Origin: a virus
Direction: 5' to 3' (one strand)
DNA length: 64,000 nt
Virus record (IMG/VR): IMGVR_UViG_3300025000_000061
Location: 64,001-128,000 of that record
Made by a program: the position numbers and the translations under genes. Below are positions 1 through 11,971 of the stretch, one piece after another; the stretch's first letter is position 1, and each line of letters begins with the position of its first letter. The notes below the pieces were generated by a model. The model worked only from the letters and a program-made list of their open reading frames with translations, had not been told where the DNA came from and did not search any database.

Positions 1-13
1 TAATAAAGGAGAA

Positions 14-3000
14 ATGATTATATGTCATTCACATGTCAAATTTGTAAAACGCCTCAACCAGCAAGAAATAAACCACATAAAGTCTGAAACAAGAGATAGG
101 CAATATATTAATTTAGATGCAAATGGTATTGCTAAAATTTCTTCAGGTTATGAGACAGTTAAGGAACAAAATTTATGTGAAAAATGCTGGATAAAAAGGT
201 TTAATGGTTATAATTCTATACGTTCATAATTAATAATAGAAAGGAGAATAAATATGTTAGAGTGGAAACAAGTAGAATTAGAAGATTCAATAAATGATGA
301 AAATGAACAAGAATACAAAACAGAAAAGAAAATAATTAAAGGTGAAATATATTTCTTTCTGAAAAATGGATATATAGAAACTTCTTATAAAGAATATACT
401 GATGCAGAAAAATCATTTGTAAATATGTATCCGACAGAATATGAAATATATGATTTAATGAGTGGAATAGATTTTGCTGATAATGTTGAATGTGGTGGTT
501 TTATAGATTATGATGGTTCGATTGCACAAATATTTGTGGATGACTATAAAAGCAATTTAGGTATTTGGGATCATGGAATACATCAAGGGAAATTTTGTTT
601 AGGGCAATATGATTTTAGAAAGTTATGTGAAAAATATAATATCGAAGTTAATTGGGCAAATAGATAATACATATATACTAGATATAGTAAGCATGTAAGA
701 GATATTCTACTATATCTAGTATTAAAAACAACACAAAATCAGGCTTTTGTCACAATATTTAAGAAAGGGGAGGAATTATCTTGGAAAACAAATATCCACT
801 TAAAGAATGTTATGAATGTAAATTTAATTATTGTTGGATTGATTATGGTGATTGCAAATTTATTGAAGGTTGAATTTATTGAAGGTTGTATATCAAAATA
901 TAAATATAGTTTATCAATTTTAGATTAAATTTAATAGGAGGAGAAAATTATGCAAAAATATAGAAAGATACCTGATATTATTCTAGTAGAAATTTATAAA
1001 CTAGGAATGGAAGATGGATGGACAATTGAGTATTCAGGATTTTATTCTTATTGTAAAGAATTTAAGACAAGACAAGAATGTTTGGATTTTATTAAAAATG
1101 ATGAAGGTAAATTAGATTGTTATTCGGAAGATAGAGAATTAGATATTATATATGAAGATCCTATGCCATTTATTAAAACAACTGAAACTGAATATGATGT
1201 AAAAGAAGGAGATTATATTATTGTAGATGATAAAGGTAAAAAGTTACGTGTTGTTAAGAAAGATATATTTGAAAAGACTTATGAATTAATTGATAAATAA
1301 AAATTAAATATAAGGAGAAATAAAACTATGATAGGTAAATGTGATGTTTGTGGAAAAGAAGAAGAAATTTATGTACGTTCTTCAACTATGGGTGCAATTA
1401 GTTTTGCCTATTGCAAAGATTGTTTACAAAAAGGTTTAGAACCTTACAATGCTGTAGTTGCTTATATTTCTTGTGTTGGTAGATTTCCAGATGATATTAA
1501 TGAAAATTATCAAAATTATGTTAGAAATATTTTAAAGGAATTAGGTATTAGTGAAGAACAATTTATTAAAGATGTAGATAAAATGAATGCTGAGTATCCT
1601 TATTAGGGATTAAGAAAGGAATTTTATATGAACAAATACGAATATAAGATAGAATTTAATTGCAAGAGTAATGAATTACAAAATATTATTGATAAAATAA
1701 CAAATATAATCAAACATGAATTATCTCAACATATAGAAAATATTATGCCTACATTTACAGTTTTAGAAGAAAATGAATTAAGGTATTACGTAAATATTTC
1801 TTATGATGGATTAACTGTAACACAAGAAGAAAAAGAAATACCAATTGATCATCATGTTAATTATGCATGTTGGGATAGAAGTGGTTATGGTGGAGTATAT
1901 GCATATTCAAATAAAAGTATGGAACATGCAGAAGAATTAGCAAGAAAATGTTTTAAGCAAGGAGCAGGGTGTGTTAATTAATAAATATTTAGGAAAGGAG
2001 AAAATATGATAGTTAAAAAGTTTATGGATGTGCCTGAGTGGATTTTAAAATGTGTTGATTATTAAAAATAATTTAATGTTAAAAGTGAGGTGATAATTTG
2101 AATAATATAATTAAACAAATATTAAATGTCATTGGTGATCATGAAGGAAGTAAATTCACTTTAACTATTTGGCCTCCAGATGAGATATACATATCAATTT
2201 ATGAAACAGACGTATTAATTGAAATTAATAAGAAAGAAAAATGTGCTTATGTTAATACTGAAACAATGGAACATCATTTAACTTCAAGTATGTTAGATGA
2301 ATTAAGTCAAATTATTAAAATAATAGATAATAATATTGATGTAGTTTTAGGTTGTTTATAAAACAATAAAATAAAAGGAGAGATTATTATATGAAAAAAT
2401 ATAATTCTGAAATGTGGGGAAAGTTAGGAGAGTGTATTTATCTTAGATTTACTCCTAATTATGTCAAAAAAACAACTGGAAAAGATGCAGAAATTAAATT
2501 TTATTTAGCTGATGATTTTGATAAAAAATTTGGTGGTATGTCCTCTGTTCCTATTGAAGTAGCAGAAGATGTTGAAGGAAAATATGAAGCAGTTTGCGAA
2601 TATGGTATTGAGATTCGTTAAATAAAAAAAGTATATACTATATATTGTAGTTGACTATTATTTTGACTACAATATATAGAAAAATATTAAGATCAAATCT
2701 GAAATTTATTAAAATATTAACTATATTAAAGGAGATGGTTTATTATGACAGTTAGCAAACCTGTTAAAATAGAAACAGAGATTGAAGATTTAACTACGGG
2801 ATGCACTTATATTTACAAAGGAACATTTATTGAGGATTGTAGAAAATATTTTCTATCACTATTTTATGGAAATAGACCTCATAAAATACTTTGGATTAAT
2901 CATTTATAAAATATAAATATAAATATTTTGTAATAAAATTAAAGGAGATAAAATATTATGAAATCAATATTTCAAAAACCAGTACATGAAAGAATTTACT

Positions 3001-3837
3001 ATGTTTATAATTACAGTGATGGTTCTGCATGTGTGAATTATGATGATAAATTCAAAGAACATATAAATATTTATGAAACAGATAAAGAATTTGAATTAAA
3101 TGAAGGAGAAAAAATTTGCATTGAAAGAGAACCACTTACTATTAAAGAAATTATAAAAAGTGTTGATGATAATAGTATTATTTATATTACAAGAGAAATT
3201 GAAAAGATTGAAGATTTAGAATATAAAACTAAAATTGAAACAGAAGTAGAAAATATAAATAAAGAAAATAAAGAATATAAAGAAAAAGATAGAGAAAAAG
3301 AAAAAATAAAAGAGTTTGATAAATTTAAATTAGAAATGCAAAATAAATATTCATTTAAAAAGTACAAATATGGATTTATTGCTTCAGTTGTATTAAGTTT
3401 ATATTTACTAATTAAAGTTATGTAAAAATTAATTTTAAAGGAGAGAAATTATTATGTACTTTATAGAAAATCAAGAAGAATTAATTGGTAAAACAATTGC
3501 CTATGTAAACATGAATCAGTTTGCAGAGCGTATTTTAATTGCAACGACTGACGGAGGAATCTTAACAGTTTCTCAAGAATCGGATGAATATAATACAGAA
3601 ATAGAAATTCATAGTAAAATAAATACTAAATATCATATTCTAAATTGTAAAAAACATAATAGATATATTTATGAAAATTTAATAAAGTATGGAGTATTTA
3701 CCGAAGAAGAATATAATGAATTTGTTGATGAACACAAAAGGAAACAACAAGAACAAGAGAAATTAAGATTAGAAAGACAAAAACAATTAGAATTAGAGCA
3801 ATATTTAAAATTGAAAGCTAAATATGAGAATAATTAA
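14..3837 (+). CDS. Cluster of small hypothetical phage genes (14-229, 254-667, 950-1300, 1328-1606, 1628-1981, 2098-2361, 2391-2621, 2744-2908, 2958-3425, 3454-3837)
   Basis: Each has an AGGAG-type RBS 6-12 nt upstream; 950-1300 carries the common phage motif GDYII...KKDIFEKTYE. Confidence 0.75.
675..722. promoter_or_regulatory. Paired NrdR-box-like palindromes
   Basis: ATACTAGATATAGTAA (675) and CTACTATATCTAGTAT (707), 32-bp period. Confidence 0.6.
728..755. repeat. 28-bp 11-6-11 boundary site
   Basis: ACAACACAAAA-TCAGGC-TTTTGTCACAA. Confidence 0.7.
781..928 (+). pseudogene. Small Cys-rich ORF truncated by a 16-bp tandem duplication
   Basis: GGAGG RBS, TTG start at 781; AATTTATTGAAGGTTG at 857-872 and 873-888 creates TGA; removing one copy restores the frame to TAA at 926-928. 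Confidence 0.6.
2635..2682. promoter_or_regulatory. Paired NrdR-box-like palindromes
   Basis: ATACTATATATTGTAG and CTACAATATATAGAAA, 32-bp period. Confidence 0.6.
2687..2714. repeat. 28-bp 11-6-11 boundary site
   Basis: TTAAGATCAAA-TCTGAA-ATTTATTAAAA. Confidence 0.6.
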
Positions 3838-3856
3838 AGGAGAAAAACAAATATAA

Positions 3857-4330
3857 ATGAGTAATTTAACTTGGGATGAATATTTCATATCTATCGCATA
3901 CATAGCATCATTAAGAAGTAAAGACCCTAAAACCAAAGTAGGTTCATGTATAGTCAATCAAGATAATAGAATTATTAGTACAGGATACAACGGTATGCCA
4001 AATGGATGTGATGATACTCAAATGCCCTGGGAAAGAGCAGATGGTTTAAAAGATAAAAATTGGTATGTGGTACACTCAGAGTTAAATGCAATATTACATA
4101 GTAAAGTAGATTTAGAAGGATGCAAAATTTATGTTACTCTGTTTCCATGCAACGAGTGTACTAAAGCATTAATACAGTCAGGAATTAAAGAAATAATATA
4201 TTTGTCTGATAAATACAAAGATAGAGAACAAACTATAGCATCTAAATTCATGTTAGATAATGCAGGAATTAAGTATAGAAGGCTAGTGTCTGATGTTAGT
4301 TTTGAAGTTAATTTAAAGGTTATTGAGTAA
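3857..4330 (+). CDS. dCMP deaminase
   Basis: HSELNAI and PCNEC zinc/catalytic motifs; GYNG motif. Confidence 0.95.
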   Translation: MSNLTWDEYFISIAYIASLRSKDPKTKVGSCIVNQDNRIISTGYNGMPNGCDDTQMPWERADGLKDKNWYVVHSELNAILHSKVDLEGCKIYVTLFPCNECTKALIQSGIKEIIYLSDKYKDREQTIASKFMLDNAGIKYRRLVSDVSFEVNLKVIE

Positions 4331-4338
4331 AATGATGG

Positions 4339-4367
4339 TTGACAAATAGTTAACAGAATGATAAAAT
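4339..4367 (+). promoter_or_regulatory. Sigma-A promoter (extended -10)
   Basis: TTGACA-17-TAAAAT with AGAATGA before the -10. Confidence 0.8.
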
Positions 4368-4389
4368 AATAAAAGGAGGATAATTATTT

Positions 4390-4608
4390 ATGTTGAATTT
4401 AAATTTACAGTTAGCAAAAGAAATTATTATTAAACAAAATGATGATGGTACACATAGTATTCAAGTAAAAATGGATGTATATGACTAAAATACAAATGAA
4501 TATATAGAAGGAAATTTTATGTTTGCAAAAACAGTAATAAATTTAGATAAAATGGATATAAAATGTTTGGAAGGTATTGATGATAATTTATATACTGTGC
4601 AGTTTTAA
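4390..4608 (+). pseudogene. Small ORF interrupted by an in-frame TAA (4486-4488)
   Basis: AGGAGG RBS and ATG at 4390; the frame continues 39 codons after the TAA to a stop at 4608. Confidence 0.55.
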
Positions 4609-4775
4609 TGAATTGAAATTTAAAATAATTAATAAGGAGGATAAATACTATGTCATTTAAGTTATCAGAAAAATATCTTAAAAGAAAACAAGAAGAATAT
4701 GAATTAAAATATGTTACATTCAAAGGTAAAGAAATACATATCAGTTAAATAAAAGACAGATCGGTAACTTCGGAA

Positions 4776-6752
4776 ATGAAATTTGAAATGAGAATAAATT
4801 CATATGCACAAGATGATCTACCACCTAAATTAACTGATGAAGCATTAATTAATACTGCAAAATATTTTATGTCTCAATGTTCAAGACCAAAATTTCCATG
4901 TACTACTTATGATGAATCTTTGATACATAAGATTTTACCAGAGTTAATTAAAAGATTGGAAGAAAGATTATAAATATAACGTAAAAGGAGAATAAATTAA
5001 AGTGAAATTAATTGAAAAATTACTTGAACTTAATAATGGGAATCAATTTAATGCAGAGTGTGACTGTCCATATAATTATCATAATGGTGAAATACCAGAA
5101 AATACATTTACACCTTATTGCGATGATGATGATGGTAGTGGTTGTGAAAGGTGTCATAATCAAGAATTAATAGATTGAAATAAATAGTAGGATTTATTAT
5201 GAAAAAGAGGAGGAAGTTAAATCAACTATGAGTAAAAAAGATAAAATTATGGAGTTAAAAATAAAGTCTTGCTATTCAATAGGTTGCATAATGGAAGTTG
5301 TTACTGCTATTAATGAATCTAAACTATCTTGTTTTGTTGAAAATAAATTAGACAAAGATAGTAATTATGTTTTGAGTATCTATAAATAATATTAATACCA
5401 ATGATAAGATTTGTAATAAAATTTAGGAGGATTATTATAAAAAGATTTAAAAATCTTGATGAATTAAATTTATATCTTGAAAATATGTATGGTTACGATG
5501 AGGAAGAATCTATTTATATGCTTTTAGAAGATTTCGAAAAAATTAAAAAAGCATTAGAACATATAAATCGTGTTGTTCAAAATGTTGAAAATATTATTGT
5601 TTAAGTTTAGACCAAAGAATCGTTTGATTTAAAAATAAAGGATGTGATAATTTGATTGTAAAACTAATATTATCATTTTTATTTATGACAGTAATGATTA
5701 TCGGAATAATATTTAGTATTGTTGGTATTAAATTGATTTGCTATTTTATTGGTGAATATTATAATGATAAATTAAATGAAAATATTAAAAATAAGATTAA
5801 AATAATAAATAATATAATTAACAAAATAGCAAAAATATTTGATATTATAATCACTATAATAATTGCAATTAGTTTTATAGGAATATTAATACTTATAGGT
5901 TATACAATTTTATTTGCTAAATAAATTATGATTAAAGTTACGTTTGAACACAATATTTCAAAAAAGGAGATTAATATGAGTGATTATATATCAACAAAAT
6001 GTATTAGATTACATACGCAACATCAAGATTTAGAAAGTATATTAAGTTATTTAGGTAAAAGTGAATTATATAATAATCTAAAAGAACAAGATAATTTAGA
6101 CATATATGAAATCAATGAAATATTAGAAAAAGAAAATATAAGAATAATAGAATATAAAAATATATATTACATTGATATTATTTTGCAAAATGAATATGGT
6201 GAGCAAGAAGTGAGTTTATATATATCATTTAATGAGATTAATAATATTATTATTGATGATTTTATTGATAAATACGGTAATGTAGAAATATTAGATATAA
6301 TTATATTAGCACATAATTGGTATAATTGTTGTGAAGAACCTTATAGTTGTTAAATAGAAAAGGAGAGTTAATATGGCAAACACAGATAAATTACAAAAAT
6401 TATTAAATAACTTAACTAAAATTAATTGTCCAATGCTAGAATGTAAATATTGTTTCATTAACGAAGAAAATGATGATTGGCCTGATTGTGAAAAACCCAC
6501 AACAATCAAAGATGGGTATCTTAAATGCCTTGGTTTTAAAGAAATAACTTGCCCATTTTTTGAATCGAGATAAGGAGGATATATTATGGCAGATGTAATG
6601 TTTAAAATTTATAATCATTATGAAAAAGATGGTTTATATTTTATAGAAACAGATTATGGTGAGTTATATACAGAAAATAAAAAAGATTATGATAAAACAA
6701 TTGAAGATGGGTTTATTATTCTTAAATTAGATGAATACGATTATGATATATA
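4776..6752 (+). CDS. Array of small hypothetical genes (4776-4973, 5002-5178, 5228-5389, 5437-5604, 5652-5924, 5976-6353, 6373-6573, 6587-6752)
   Basis: Short ORFs, most RBS-led; starts of two track ORFs revised to 5437 (ATA) and 5976 (ATG) from RBS position; 5652-5924 has two TM segments. Confidence 0.65.
5175..5953. repeat. Four consecutive 28-bp boundary sites separating single genes
   Basis: 5175 TTGAAATAAAT-AGTAGG-ATTTATTATGA; 5392 TTAATACCAAT-GATAAG-ATTTGTAATAA; 5606 TTTAGACCAAA-GAATCG-TTTGATTTAAA; 5926 TTATGATTAAA-GTTACG-TTTGAACACAA. Confidence 0.7.
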
Positions 6753-6779
6753 ATTTTAAAAATTAAAGGAAATAATCTA

Positions 6780-7391
6780 ATGATATTACTATTAAAATTC
6801 TGGACTAGTCAGTTATTTATGGATTATGATACTAGAGTTAAGTTTATTTATAATAATTTTTTAAAACTTAATCTATATAGTTTATTTATATTTGTAAGTG
6901 TTATGATTATAGGATTATTCGTTAATATTCATTATAGATTATCTTTAACTATTTCTATGTTTCATTTATTGTTTGTATTTATGATATCTATGGCTAACAA
7001 TAATGATTATTCTAGAATACTTACAAAAGAAAGAAAAATAAAACTAGAAGAAGAAAGATTGAAATGTGAAGAGCAAGATAGAATAGCAAGAGAGAATGAA
7101 AGAATCAGAAAAGAAAAAATTCATAAAGAATATGAAGATCAACAGAAAAGAATGCATGAAGAATTTATTAAATATTTTTTCAATAATTATTATATTTACA
7201 ATACAAATGATAATTTAAATGCATTGTTGACAATATTAGATTTGCCAATTGATACTAGAGATTTTAACATAATTAATAAGCAACATAGGAAATTAGCAAA
7301 ATTATATCATCCTGATATTTATAAAGACAATGGAATAAAGTTAAAAGAAATTAATGTTGCGTTTGATAAATTAAAGAAAATATTAAAGTGA
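6780..7391 (+). CDS. Membrane-anchored J-domain (DnaJ-like) protein
   Basis: N-terminal hydrophobic helices, coiled coil, C-terminal RKLAKLYHPD...KEINVAFD J-domain. Confidence 0.8.
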   Translation: MILLLKFWTSQLFMDYDTRVKFIYNNFLKLNLYSLFIFVSVMIIGLFVNIHYRLSLTISMFHLLFVFMISMANNNDYSRILTKERKIKLEEERLKCEEQDRIARENERIRKEKIHKEYEDQQKRMHEEFIKYFFNNYYIYNTNDNLNALLTILDLPIDTRDFNIINKQHRKLAKLYHPDIYKDNGIKLKEINVAFDKLKKILK

Positions 7392-7405
7392 GGTAGGATT
7401 AGTAT

Positions 7406-7957
7406 ATGAATTACTATGCTGGAATAGGTTCAAGAGAGACACCAAATGAAATATTAAAATTATTTGAAAAAGTAGGAAAGTTTCTTGCCAAGAAAGGTTT
7501 TATTTTAAGAAGTGGTGGTGCAGGAGGAAGTGATCAAGCATTTGAAAATGGGAATGATTTAGTTAATGGTAAGAAAGAAATATATTTACCTTGGAGAAAT
7601 TTTGAAGGTTCTGATTCTAAATTAGTTGTTAATGATGTAAAAGCATATAAATTAGCAGAGAAATTTCATCCTTATTGGCACAATTTATCTCAAGGAGCGA
7701 AAAAATTACAAGCACGTAATGGTCATCAAATTTTAGGATGGGATTTAAATACACCTTCTAATTTTGTAATATGTTGGACTGAAAAAGGCAAAGGTAAGGG
7801 TGGCACAGGTCAAGGTTTAAGAATAGCAAAGGCATATGAAATACCTGTATTTGATGCTGGAAGGTTTGATAATATTGATGAAATAAGATTGACATTAAAA
7901 GAATTTTTAATTCAGAATTCTAGTTTAGAAGAAATAGATATTAAATTAAAGGAGTAA
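7406..7957 (+). CDS. SLOG-superfamily (DprA/Smf-like) nucleotide-binding protein
   Basis: YAGIGSR, LRSGGAGGSD, ARN, GGTG motifs. Confidence 0.8.
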   Translation: MNYYAGIGSRETPNEILKLFEKVGKFLAKKGFILRSGGAGGSDQAFENGNDLVNGKKEIYLPWRNFEGSDSKLVVNDVKAYKLAEKFHPYWHNLSQGAKKLQARNGHQILGWDLNTPSNFVICWTEKGKGKGGTGQGLRIAKAYEIPVFDAGRFDNIDEIRLTLKEFLIQNSSLEEIDIKLKE

Positions 7958-8147
7958 ATATAAAATTGAAATATATTAGTAAAACTATTAATTATTTAAT
8001 TTCACTATATTTTATTATCTTATTTATTTCTTTATTTTTCGGATATAAACCAACAAATGTAGAAATAGGATGTGCTTCTTTATTTGCTTCAATATTTTTC
8101 TTAGATTATGCTAATAATAAAATATAATTAAAAAGGAGAGATTATTA

Positions 8148-11100
8148 TTGATTGAAAAAATATACAAATATATAAATAAAATAACCAATAGTTTAAAAAT
8201 ACACTTCTTAGATAGTGATGTAAAACAATTATTAATTAATAGAGGTTATATTCCTATAGAAATTATTTCAAAAAATAAAGAATGCTATCAAGAAACATAC
8301 AATGAATATATGTGGACTAATTATTGGACATATTCCTATGAAATAAAAGTAAAAAATATAGATAATTGCAAGTATTATATAATAACCGCTATTCATACAT
8401 TTAGCAGTAAAAATGATAGTGATAGTAGATATTATATAAAAGAAATAAAAGATATTAATGGTGTAATTAAAGATAATAAAACATATTATAATATTTGAAA
8501 GGGAAAGGGGGAATATAACCATGATTGAAAAATCTTGTTATACTTGTATAAGTGCTGGCGTATCAAAAGAAAAGTATCCTTGTGATAAGTGCCACAATCA
8601 GAATAATTGGAGATATAGATATAGTGTTCAATCGTTGTGTTTGGTTGGAGTATGTTTAATAGCTGTTGGGATTATTGTTTTATTGTAAATATAAATAAAT
8701 AATAAAAAAGGAGATAAATACATATGAACAAATACAATGATGTAGATTGTTGCTTTGATTGCGTAAAACAATTTAATGATGAATTATGTAAAAATGATAT
8801 GTATTGTAAAACAAAAAATAATTGTAGTACAAATCATTGTAGTCCTGGTGCTTGTAAAAATTTTGAGAAGAAAGAAGCAATGGTAACTATCACAAAAGCA
8901 GAATATGAAGAATTAATAAAGGATAGTAATTTGTTAGAAGCACTTAGATGTACAGGAGTAGATAATTGGGTAGGATATAGTAGTGCATATGATCTTTTAA
9001 ATGAATAGGATGAAGAGGAGTAAATACATATGAAAGTAAAGATATTGTCTGGTCATAATAAAATTGGTGAAATAGTTGAAGCGAAGAGATATTGCGAATT
9101 AAATGAAGAAGAATTAGAAGAATCATTAGGTGGTTATGGATGGGAAAATGTAAATGGAATATTTATTCAACATAAAAGTAATGAATGGATATATATGTTA
9201 AATGAAGAAGTGGAGATTGTGGAAGAATAATTTTTAGATACTACATATAGTGGATGCAATAATAAAATACCACTATATGTAGATAAACTTTAGAAAGGAA
9301 AGAAAATGAAAAAATACAATGAACCATATCAAGTAAATCAAATATGGGTATCTGAAACTAACCCTGAGCAAGATTTCTTTATTTATTGGGTAGATTATGA
9401 TAGAGTAAGTGATAATGCATATGATTATAATTATTATTCACACATACTTACTACAAAAATAAACAAAGAAGCATTTGAAAATTATGTTGCTAAAAAATTT
9501 AAATGTAATTCATTTGCTGACATAAAAAGAGAAAGCATATATCCTTATTCATGGTGGGGAGAGTATAAACCTAGATCATTAAAACAATTAGTAAAAAAGT
9601 ATAATATAAAATTATTAAAAACTCTTAATTATGAAGTAAATGATTATTGCAATATAGGTAATTATAGTTATAATTATAGTGTTAAAGATATTGAAAAAGT
9701 TATAGGAGAGGTAAGAAAATAAAATAGAAAGGAGATAATATATGGAAATTGGAGATAAGGTATTATTTTCAACAGGAAAAGAAGAATTAAAAAGTAATAT
9801 TGGAATAATCATTGCCTTAAAAAATAATAAATTCATAATTCTTAATAGAAGTTATAATTGTAATACTATTTATACTATTGAAGGGAATTATATTGATAGT
9901 ATAACTAATGTAAATAGAATCAGAGAAGATATAAAAACATATTATACACCTCAAATAGAAGAATTAAAATCTAAATTAAAAACTGTAACATCTGAAGAAA
10001 AAATACAAGAACGAATCAATAAATACAATGATATTAAAAATAGGATTATAGTAAATTGTGAAAGATTAATTGTTTGTTCAGATGACGATGAATTTGATAA
10101 TCGACTAAAGGAAATAGATAAACTGAAGAAACAATTATTTAGCATTGATTTAGAATGTGGTGATATTATCCGAAAAGAAAATGGTAGGATTAAATATGAA
10201 ATTAAAAAACTTGAAATCGAAATGAATGGTAGATTAAATAATATTAATGATGAAAGAATTATTAAAGCATTTGAGTTTTAATAAAAAATACATAAAACAT
10301 TAGCTAGGAGGTAATTTTATGGACTTGGAAACTGCTTGTAAGAATTATGAAGAAGAGTATCATAGAAATGTTGAAGAATTACATCAATTAAAAACACAGG
10401 TACAAAATATGATTGAAAATTTATTTATTGATGGATTCACTACAAATACTAAAAAAATGATGGTTGAGATTTTAAAAAAATGTAGGTAAATAATGTTAAA
10501 ATAAAAGACACATTTGATCGTAAAATCAGAAAGGAATAATATATGAAAATAGCAGAAACATATACATACTATGTTATTTACAATATAACTAAAGAAGAAT
10601 ATTACTCCGATATTGTAGATGTAGGACATTACAGGATTGAATATAAATTTAATAAATTAATTAGTGAAGCAATCCTTTATAATACAAGAAAAGAAGCAAA
10701 TGAAGATATAAGAGAATGGATAAATAGAAACAGTACAGATAAATATATTGTTAAAAAGATTAGATTAGATTATTCTATAAATAATTAAAAAAGAAGAAAA
10801 TAATATGAAAAAATATAAATTAATAAAATCAAAAAACAAAGAAAAAATATTTACTGTTACAATTGAAGCAGATTCAAACGATGGAGATTATATCACAGCA
10901 ACTAGTGATTATAATGAATTAGAATTTGAAGAAATAGTAGATGAATTAATTAGATTAAAGAAATATTATGGTGATTCACATCAATTTGAAGATTTTTATA
11001 ATACTGAATATAATATTGATATTCCATATAGTGAATATGGTAGATGCCATACATTATCTTCTATTGAAATTTATTGTATTGAGAATGGACAATATTATGA

Positions 11101-11866
11101 AGTTGAATTAAATTTAAATGATGTTGTTTTCTGATAATTAATTAATAAATTATAAGGAGAAAATAATTATGGAATTTAAATATGAATCAGTTAATAATAC
11201 AATACTTAATATGTTATATTTGCCTAATCAAATTGAAATTGAATGTGATTTTGTACTTACTAATGAAGATACTATATTTAAAGGTAAATCAAAAATTATG
11301 AGAGGTGAAGAATATATAGAAATTAAAGGTAGTCTAATAGATTATATTACTTCTGTTACTAAAAATTCTAATGTTATTTATATGTCAGACATTCCTAGTG
11401 AATATGAATGTAATCTTAGTAATTTACCAAAAAAGAATATGAAGAAAGATATTATAGATATGGATATTAATATTAAATTTCCTAGAGTTAAAATATCACC
11501 TAATATTGATATTACTATGTCTTATGATACTTCTAATTTAATAGGTAATATTCATCCATTGTATGATTATAAGAGTAGGGATATAATGATTTTAAGTTGT
11601 GATTAATTGGTGTAAAGGAGATATTAATTATGTCAATTATTGATTATAGTTACTACACTATACCATTAAAAAATATTAAGAAACATCAAAAATTTATATT
11701 ATATTCAATAAATAATCTTTCTAATGCTATAGGTTATAATAATGCTGTAAAATTAGTCATGCAATCAATATTAATAGAAATGTTAATGTATGATTGGAGA
11801 TATGTTTATCATTATGATGTTAGTTATTGGTGTGATGAGATTATGAAGTATCCTGTTATAAATTAA
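8148..11866 (+). CDS. Cluster of hypothetical genes (8148-8498, 8724-9008, 9030-9230, 9306-9722, 9742-10281, 10319-10489, 10543-10788, 10805-11134, 11169-11606, 11630-11866)
   Basis: RBS-led ORFs with no recognisable catalytic motifs. Confidence 0.7.
9238..9285. promoter_or_regulatory. Paired NrdR-box-like palindromes
   Basis: ATACTACATATAGTGG and CCACTATATGTAGATA, 32-bp period. Confidence 0.6.
10496..10523. repeat. 28-bp 11-6-11 boundary site
   Basis: TTAAAATAAAA-GACACA-TTTGATCGTAA. Confidence 0.6.
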
Positions 11867-11869
11867 AAA

Positions 11870-11897
11870 ACATCACAAATAATTAGATTTGTGATGA
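11870..11897. repeat. 28-bp 11-6-11 boundary site
   Basis: ACATCACAAAT-AATTAG-ATTTGTGATGA (10-bp perfect arms). Confidence 0.65.
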
Positions 11898-11905
11898 TTT
11901 AGGTA

Positions 11906-11934
11906 TTGACAGAATAATAAAATAAATATATAAT
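11906..11934 (+). promoter_or_regulatory. Sigma-A promoter for the RNA ligase/Pnk unit
   Basis: TTGACA-17-TATAAT. Confidence 0.85.
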
Positions 11935-11971
11935 AAGTATAAATTATCGAGAGAGGAGATAAAAATAATAA

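Noticed and set aside
4745-4772. Extra 28-bp site GTTAAATAAAA-GACAGA-TCGGTAACTTC
   Set aside because: The right arm does not match the consensus; at best a half-site, so not counted.
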